Source: an uncultured Clostridia bacterium (GTDB lineage: Bacteria > Bacillota > Clostridia > TANB77 > CAG-465). Taken from it: a stretch of DNA of 64,000 nt. Below are positions 58,849 through 64,000 of this stretch, in pieces (within the stretch, counting starts at the first letter, position 1; each line of letters starts with the position of its first letter). The translations under genes and the position numbers were made by a program. Location: assembly GCA_947625855.1 (NCBI GenBank), contig CANQPW010000003.1:33-64032 (forward strand), given 5' to 3'. The notes under the pieces are model-generated. The model worked only from the letters and a program-made list of their open reading frames with translations, had not been told where the DNA came from and ran no database searches.

Positions 58849-61200
58849 TTATTCTGTTCTTAATGCTTCTACTGGATCTTTTTTTGCTGCAATTTTCGAA
58901 GGTATAAAACCACCAATTAAAGTTAATATAATACTTATTACAAGTAATATTATTGCATGAACTGGATTTAGTTTTGCAACATTTTCAAGATCTGTTAAAT
59001 TATATAGTATGTTGTTTATTGGATATGTAAGTAGGTATGCAATTGCTATACCAATACCTCCTGAGCATATTCCAACAATAAATGTTTCTGCATTAAATAC
59101 TCTTGTTATATCTTTCTTTCTTGCACCTATTGCTCTTAAAATTCCTATTTCTTTTGTTCTTTCAAGTACAGATATATATGTTATTATTCCTATCATTATT
59201 GATGATACAACAAGTGATATTGCAGAAAATGCTATTAATACTATTGTTATAGCGTCCATAATACCAGATGTCATATTAGTGATTGTTTCTGATAAATCAG
59301 TATATATTACCTTATCATCGCTTTCTTTTTCATCATTCCAATCATCTAAATATTTTACAACTTTTTCTTTATTTTCAAAAGATGATGGGTACATGATAAC
59401 GGCTGCTGGTATATCTTCTCCTCCTAAATAAGAAAGTATTTGATCTTTTTCGCCCTCTTTAAACTCCTGATTTGTTAATATGTTATAATTTACGTCCCTT
59501 TGATCTTTTACTATATCTGAATTTTTACCACGTTCGTAAATAAGGTCTACTAAGTCTGTACTATAAGCTATTCCACCTGCAAGAAGTGATATTGTTACAT
59601 CTTCTTTTGATCTTACAACACCTACTATTTTTAAATCTATATTTTCTTCTGATTCATACATTTTTTCATAATCTAGTGATGGTGTATATACTCCATATGG
59701 TGTTTTTGTGTAATAATCATCATTTGATACAAGTTTAAATTCTGTTCCAACTATGTCTGAAAAACTTATTTTTTCTACATCATCTGTATCAAATCCTAAA
59801 TTTTTCATAACATCTTTATTTACTCTATTTTTATAATCAACTACTAAAACTAAATCTGTTGCCTCTTTAGGATATTCTCCCTCTAACAAGTCATAATATT
59901 CTTCTAAGTAATTTTTTTCTTCATCAAGCATATTTGGATACATTGTGCAATTCATTGAAGTAAGTCCACTTGTATCAGCACTAACTTGTGAATTTACACC
60001 TGCTGAAACTATTACAGGTACAACTTTGTCATCTACTTTTCTAATTAAATTCAAATTGGATATACTAATATAGCCAATACTACTACAATCATCTTTATTT
60101 ATTTTCTCAATATAATCCATATATTCTTCTGAAAATACATTTGTATGTAACATTCTTGAAAGCCCAGCATCATATAGTTCTACTTCTTTTGTGTCTGGAT
60201 ATTCATTTGTGCCTTTTATTACTGATTCTAACTCATCATGTTCTTCAAGTAATACATCTTCATCTACTTGCATAGCTGATTGATTAATAATTATTGGGAA
60301 TTGATCCATTGTATCTTTTATATACTTATCAATTTGTATCTGAAATCCTGATGATAAACTAAGTATTACAGCAATTCCTATTATTCCAATACTTGATGCA
60401 AATGCTGTAAGTAATGTTCTTCCTTTTTTAGTTTTTATATTATTAAAAGATAGTTTTAAAGCTGATAAAAATCCCATTGCAGTTTTTACAATACTATATT
60501 CATTTTCTTCCTTTTTTTCTTCTTTTATAGGGTTTGAATCAGAAATTAATTTTCCATCTTTTAACTCAATAATTCTAGTTGCATATTTTTCTGCAAGCTC
60601 TTTATTATGTGTAACCATAATTACAAGTTTATCTTTTGCAATTTCTTTTATAAGTTCCATAATTTGAACACTTGTCTTACTATCTAATGCGCCTGTTGGT
60701 TCATCAGCCATAATTATATCTGGATTATTTACTAATGCTCTTGCAATTGCAACTCTTTGCATTTGCCCACCAGATAATTGATTTGGCTTTTTATTCATAT
60801 GCTCTTTTAATCCTACTTTTTCTAGTGCTTCTTTTGCTCTTTCTTTTTTTTGCTTTCCATGAACGCCACTTAAAGTCATAGCAAGCTCTACATTTTCAAG
60901 CACACTTATATGAGTTATTAGATTATAATTTTGAAATATAAAACCTATACAATTATTTCTATAAGCATCCCATTCTCTATCTTTAAATTTGCTTGTTGGT
61001 TTGTTATTTATTATTAACTCCCCTGTATCATACTTATCAAGTCCACCAATTATATTTAAAAGTGTAGACTTTCCACTACCACTTGGACCAAGCACTGCTA
61101 CAAATTCATTTTTTCTAAAGTCTATACTTACATTATCTAATGCTTGTTGAGTATAATCTGCTGTTTTATAACTTTTACTTATATTCTGTAATTTTAACAT
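58849..61200 (-). CDS. MacB-like fused ABC transporter (ATPase plus FtsX-type permease)
   Basis: N-terminal Walker A GPSGSGKSTLLN, LSGGQMQRVAIARAL, IIMADEPTGALD. Then TM1, a large extracytoplasmic domain and a C-terminal FtsX-like 3-TM bundle (ERTKEIGILRAIGARK). Confidence 0.85.
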   Translation of the reverse strand: MLKLQNISKSYKTADYTQQALDNVSIDFRKNEFVAVLGPSGSGKSTLLNIIGGLDKYDTGELIINNKPTSKFKDREWDAYRNNCIGFIFQNYNLITHISVLENVELAMTLSGVHGKQKKERAKEALEKVGLKEHMNKKPNQLSGGQMQRVAIARALVNNPDIIMADEPTGALDSKTSVQIMELIKEIAKDKLVIMVTHNKELAEKYATRIIELKDGKLISDSNPIKEEKKEENEYSIVKTAMGFLSALKLSFNNIKTKKGRTLLTAFASSIGIIGIAVILSLSSGFQIQIDKYIKDTMDQFPIIINQSAMQVDEDVLLEEHDELESVIKGTNEYPDTKEVELYDAGLSRMLHTNVFSEEYMDYIEKINKDDCSSIGYISISNLNLIRKVDDKVVPVIVSAGVNSQVSADTSGLTSMNCTMYPNMLDEEKNYLEEYYDLLEGEYPKEATDLVLVVDYKNRVNKDVMKNLGFDTDDVEKISFSDIVGTEFKLVSNDDYYTKTPYGVYTPSLDYEKMYESEENIDLKIVGVVRSKEDVTISLLAGGIAYSTDLVDLIYERGKNSDIVKDQRDVNYNILTNQEFKEGEKDQILSYLGGEDIPAAVIMYPSSFENKEKVVKYLDDWNDEKESDDKVIYTDLSETITNMTSGIMDAITIVLIAFSAISLVVSSIMIGIITYISVLERTKEIGILRAIGARKKDITRVFNAETFIVGICSGGIGIAIAYLLTYPINNILYNLTDLENVAKLNPVHAIILLVISIILTLIGGFIPSKIAAKKDPVEALRTE

Positions 61201-61283
61201 TTCTCCTCCTTAATATAACTATAATATATAATTATATTACACAACCTATAAATTATAAAGAAATTTCACAAAAATTTCATAAT

Positions 61284-61904
61284 TTACTTAATATTTTCTA
61301 AATATGTTTTATTTGTTTTATCAATTAAATTAAGTAATACATCTCCTTGTGTATATTTATTATCTATAATTTCATCCCTATGAGACACTTCTTCTGTTTT
61401 TATCTCATTATTTTCAATATAAATATTTGTAACCGTTTCAGAGTCCAAATTTTCATTTACTGCCATCAAATATTTTCCCACACTCATTTGATACAACGAA
61501 GTATTTAAGGCGTTTATCATTCCTATAATTTTTGCTTCATTATCTATATATTTATAAAAAATGTATTTATAATTTGAATCTGACTCAGCTATTTTAATTA
61601 TTAACTCCTGTGTACCATCTTTTTCAATGTCAGATAATGCATAATACACTTCTTTTTCACCATAACTTTGAAGTATTTTACTATAATTATTTTTTATACT
61701 CTCATTTATTTTATTTTCTGCTACTTCACTATTTTCCATATCGACTTTTTCGCTTTTTAAACTAATTTCATAATCATTTATTATAGGAAAAACATATTTT
61801 GTAAAAAGAACACCTAATGAACTTGATACTACAATTATTATTATAACTAATACTATTTTTTTTACCATATTTGTAACCTCTTTCTTTTTTTGGTATTTTA
61901 TCAC
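61284..61904 (-). CDS. Hypothetical N-terminally anchored protein
   Basis: 206 aa with one TM (IVLVIIIIVVSSSLGVLF). No motif recognised. Confidence 0.45.
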   Translation of the reverse strand: MIKYQKKKEVTNMVKKIVLVIIIIVVSSSLGVLFTKYVFPIINDYEISLKSEKVDMENSEVAENKINESIKNNYSKILQSYGEKEVYYALSDIEKDGTQELIIKIAESDSNYKYIFYKYIDNEAKIIGMINALNTSLYQMSVGKYLMAVNENLDSETVTNIYIENNEIKTEEVSHRDEIIDNKYTQGDVLLNLIDKTNKTYLENIK

Positions 61905-61983
61905 AGAAAATTTAATTAGTAAATATAGCTTTAAGTGTTTTTTTCACTTAAAGCTAATAAATAATAATTTATTTTATATTTTT

Positions 61984-62595
61984 TTACATTTGGTTTTTAC
62001 ATACTTTTTCTTTTAATTTATAAAAGTTTTCATTTGAATTTTTTTCTATTTTAGATTTTTTATCAAGCAATCTAGTTGTAATTACCTTATCAAGTTTTAT
62101 ATATTCATCTACACTAAAATCTTTATTTGCAGATAAAATATTAAAATTACATTCTTCTTCAACACTTAAATAATCTGTTAAATACAACCCATTTAAAAGA
62201 TAAAAATATAATCTTTTAAGTCTTGTACCATAATCAGAAAATTTTTCATCTAACTCATCAATATTTAAGTATACTTTTTTATCTTTTTTCTCATTTAAGC
62301 ACCATTTTAACAAATAACTGCCATATCCTTTTGAACGTTTATTAGAATCAATAGCAAGATAAAATATAAACACTAAATTTTTATAATTAAACAAATATGT
62401 AAAACCACATAATACATCATCATCATATAAACAAAATATTTCCGCCTTTTTTAAATAAACATTTAAAATAAGTAAAAAAAGTGATTCTCTCTCTATTTTT
62501 GGAAAAGAATTTTTATATATTTTGTTTACATCACTTAAATTTTTCATTTTAAATTTTTCTACTCTTAACATTTTACTTTTCCATTCCCACTTCAC
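61984..62595 (-). CDS. GNAT-family N-acetyltransferase
   Basis: Acetyl-CoA-binding-like block LAIDSNKRSKGYGSYLLKW (R/Q-x-x-G-x-G/A). Confidence 0.6.
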   Translation of the reverse strand: MKWEWKSKMLRVEKFKMKNLSDVNKIYKNSFPKIERESLFLLILNVYLKKAEIFCLYDDDVLCGFTYLFNYKNLVFIFYLAIDSNKRSKGYGSYLLKWCLNEKKDKKVYLNIDELDEKFSDYGTRLKRLYFYLLNGLYLTDYLSVEEECNFNILSANKDFSVDEYIKLDKVITTRLLDKKSKIEKNSNENFYKLKEKVCKNQM

Positions 62596-62605
62596 ATATA
62601 ACCTT

Positions 62606-63157
62606 TTATAGTTTTATCCAATATCTTTGTATAATACCTGATTTTGTAAGTCCTACCTCATCTATAACTTCATTTTCTAATATACCACCATTATCAATAA
62701 TTGTTTTATATGAACCTACATTATTTTTATCACATGTTAATAAAACTTTATCTATATTATATTCTCTACAATTATCTAATAGTTTTCTTAACATTTCTTT
62801 TGCATAGCCTTTTCTTCTTTCCTCTGGCAAAACACTATAACCTATATTTCCACCATATTTAAAAAGAAACTCTGATAAAGTATGCTTAAAATCTATTATT
62901 CCAACTAATTTATCATCTGAGCATCTAATAGCTAAATATACTGTTGAAGGAACATAATCATTTTTATATTTTTTTAATAGTCTATTTTCAAAATCAATCC
63001 ATTCTTCATATGTTTCACAATCTTCAAGACCTGAACATCCATCAAAAGATTCATCTTTTTCTAAAAATACTTTTCTATAATTCATTACCTGTTCTTTATA
63101 ATCCATTGTAGGTTTTACTAATTTTAAATTATCTTTATTTTCTATTATTTCTTTCAA
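62606..63157 (-). CDS. GNAT-family N-acetyltransferase
   Basis: IGYSVLPEERRKGYAKEMLRKLL motif; 183 aa. Confidence 0.7.
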   Translation of the reverse strand: MKEIIENKDNLKLVKPTMDYKEQVMNYRKVFLEKDESFDGCSGLEDCETYEEWIDFENRLLKKYKNDYVPSTVYLAIRCSDDKLVGIIDFKHTLSEFLFKYGGNIGYSVLPEERRKGYAKEMLRKLLDNCREYNIDKVLLTCDKNNVGSYKTIIDNGGILENEVIDEVGLTKSGIIQRYWIKL

Positions 63158-63234
63158 AATATCACCTCACTTTTTAATTTATTTGCCCAATTTCTAAATC
63201 TTATTACCATTTTGTTGAATATAAAATCATAAAT

Positions 63235-63765
63235 TTATCTCCATATATCTCCATTTATATGCTTTGTTAATGCCATAATAAAAGCATTTTTTGTCAAATC
63301 AATTCTTGATACTTCATCTTTTGTTAAGAAACTTATTCCACCTTTTCCCTTACCTAATTCTTTTCCACTAAATATCTTATCCATGACTTTTCCAAGTTCT
63401 GTTTCTTTTATTTCTTCTATATATTTATTTGGAATTGGAAAGCCTTGACTTATTCCTACACTTTGTAGCCCCTCTTTACTTTCAACTACTGCACAATTTA
63501 TATCAATCCATTCTCCTAATAAATTAGTAATTCCTGCCTCACTTGATACAAAGTAATCTGCAATTATATTATTATTTTTTGCATATTCTTTCAAGTTTTT
63601 TACTCTATTTTTAGCCCCTTGTAATATTTCCTCATTTATTGGTTGATCCCCTACATCTGAATTTACAGGTATTCCCTCTATTTCAACACTATTAAAATAT
63701 CTTTCAAAAGCTTTTTTTGCACCTTCTATTTTTCCTGGATTCTTCGTTCCCATTAATACTTTCAT
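63235..63765 (-). CDS. Inosine/xanthosine triphosphatase (YjjX/DUF84 family)
   Basis: GTKNPGKIEGAKKAF, GAKNRV, SSEAG, GGISFLTK...R....ALT parallel E. coli YjjX blocks. Confidence 0.7.
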   Translation of the reverse strand: MKVLMGTKNPGKIEGAKKAFERYFNSVEIEGIPVNSDVGDQPINEEILQGAKNRVKNLKEYAKNNNIIADYFVSSEAGITNLLGEWIDINCAVVESKEGLQSVGISQGFPIPNKYIEEIKETELGKVMDKIFSGKELGKGKGGISFLTKDEVSRIDLTKNAFIMALTKHINGDIWR

Positions 63766-63814
63766 CTAACTTCAATCCCCTTCACATAACTATAAACTCC
63801 GCAAAATTAATAAT

Positions 63815-64000
63815 TTATTTTACTATAATTTTTTCATTTAGCTTTTTATATATTGGCCTCATTTGTTCTTCATTTGTAAATTCTATTGCTTTTTCAATTG
63901 GAACCCATTTAATATTGCTATTTTCATCTTCTTTAATTCTTAATTTTTCATTTTCATCTGCCTGTACTAAAAAACAACAATCTAAATGCAAATGAGATGG
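63815..64000 (-). CDS. C-terminal fragment of a NUDIX-like hydrolase (5' end outside the window)
   Basis: Hand translation of the minus strand from the window edge: PSHLHLDCCFLVQADENEKLRIKEDENSNIKWVPIEKAIEFT...IIVK, stop at 63815-63817. The HLDxxF...KWxxxxxA tail is typical of a NUDIX subfamily. Confidence 0.4.
   Translation of the reverse strand, partial: PSHLHLDCCFLVQADENEKLRIKEDENSNIKWVPIEKAIEFTNEEQMRPIYKKLNEKIIVK

Overview
Very AT-rich, standard-code bacterial DNA with gene content typical of low-GC Bacillota. About 95% of real genes are on the minus strand, and a bile-salt hydrolase hints at a gut habitat. Most of the window is tightly packed housekeeping: mnmA, rsmE, folD, cls, tgt, queA, ung, relA, recJ, ppaC, plsY, der and purB. 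Two accessory blocks interrupt it. (1) A sortase-pilus cassette at 15450-18789 has one LPVTG pilin, two class C sortases and its own promoter. (2) A ~20.8-kb adhesin island at 22865-43664 lies between relA and recJ. It holds two tandem ~1640-aa VWA/MIDAS surface proteins and a 3432-aa protein carrying ~19 Cna-B-type repeats. The most interesting signals are in this island. The two VWA paralogs are mosaics: conserved leader and stalk, a 478-nt perfectly identical block, and a replaced VWA head. The upstream paralog has a (TG)12 microsatellite in its 5' leader, inside a short leader ORF with a strong RBS whose stop codon depends on repeat number. The three giant proteins lack canonical LPXTG signals. 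Elsewhere several enzymes look catalytically degenerate. The long RelA/SpoT homologue has no His-Asp hydrolase residues. An acyl-CoA-synthetase-like gene has one in-frame TAA and no P-loop. A PEP-utilising-family protein lacks the phospho-His. Also present are an orphan dpaA coupled to folD, and an ABC-2 permease/CPBP protease fusion embedded between queA and tgt. I saw no rRNA, tRNA, CRISPR array, transposase or integrase. All calls come from reading motifs by eye; nothing was searched or computed.
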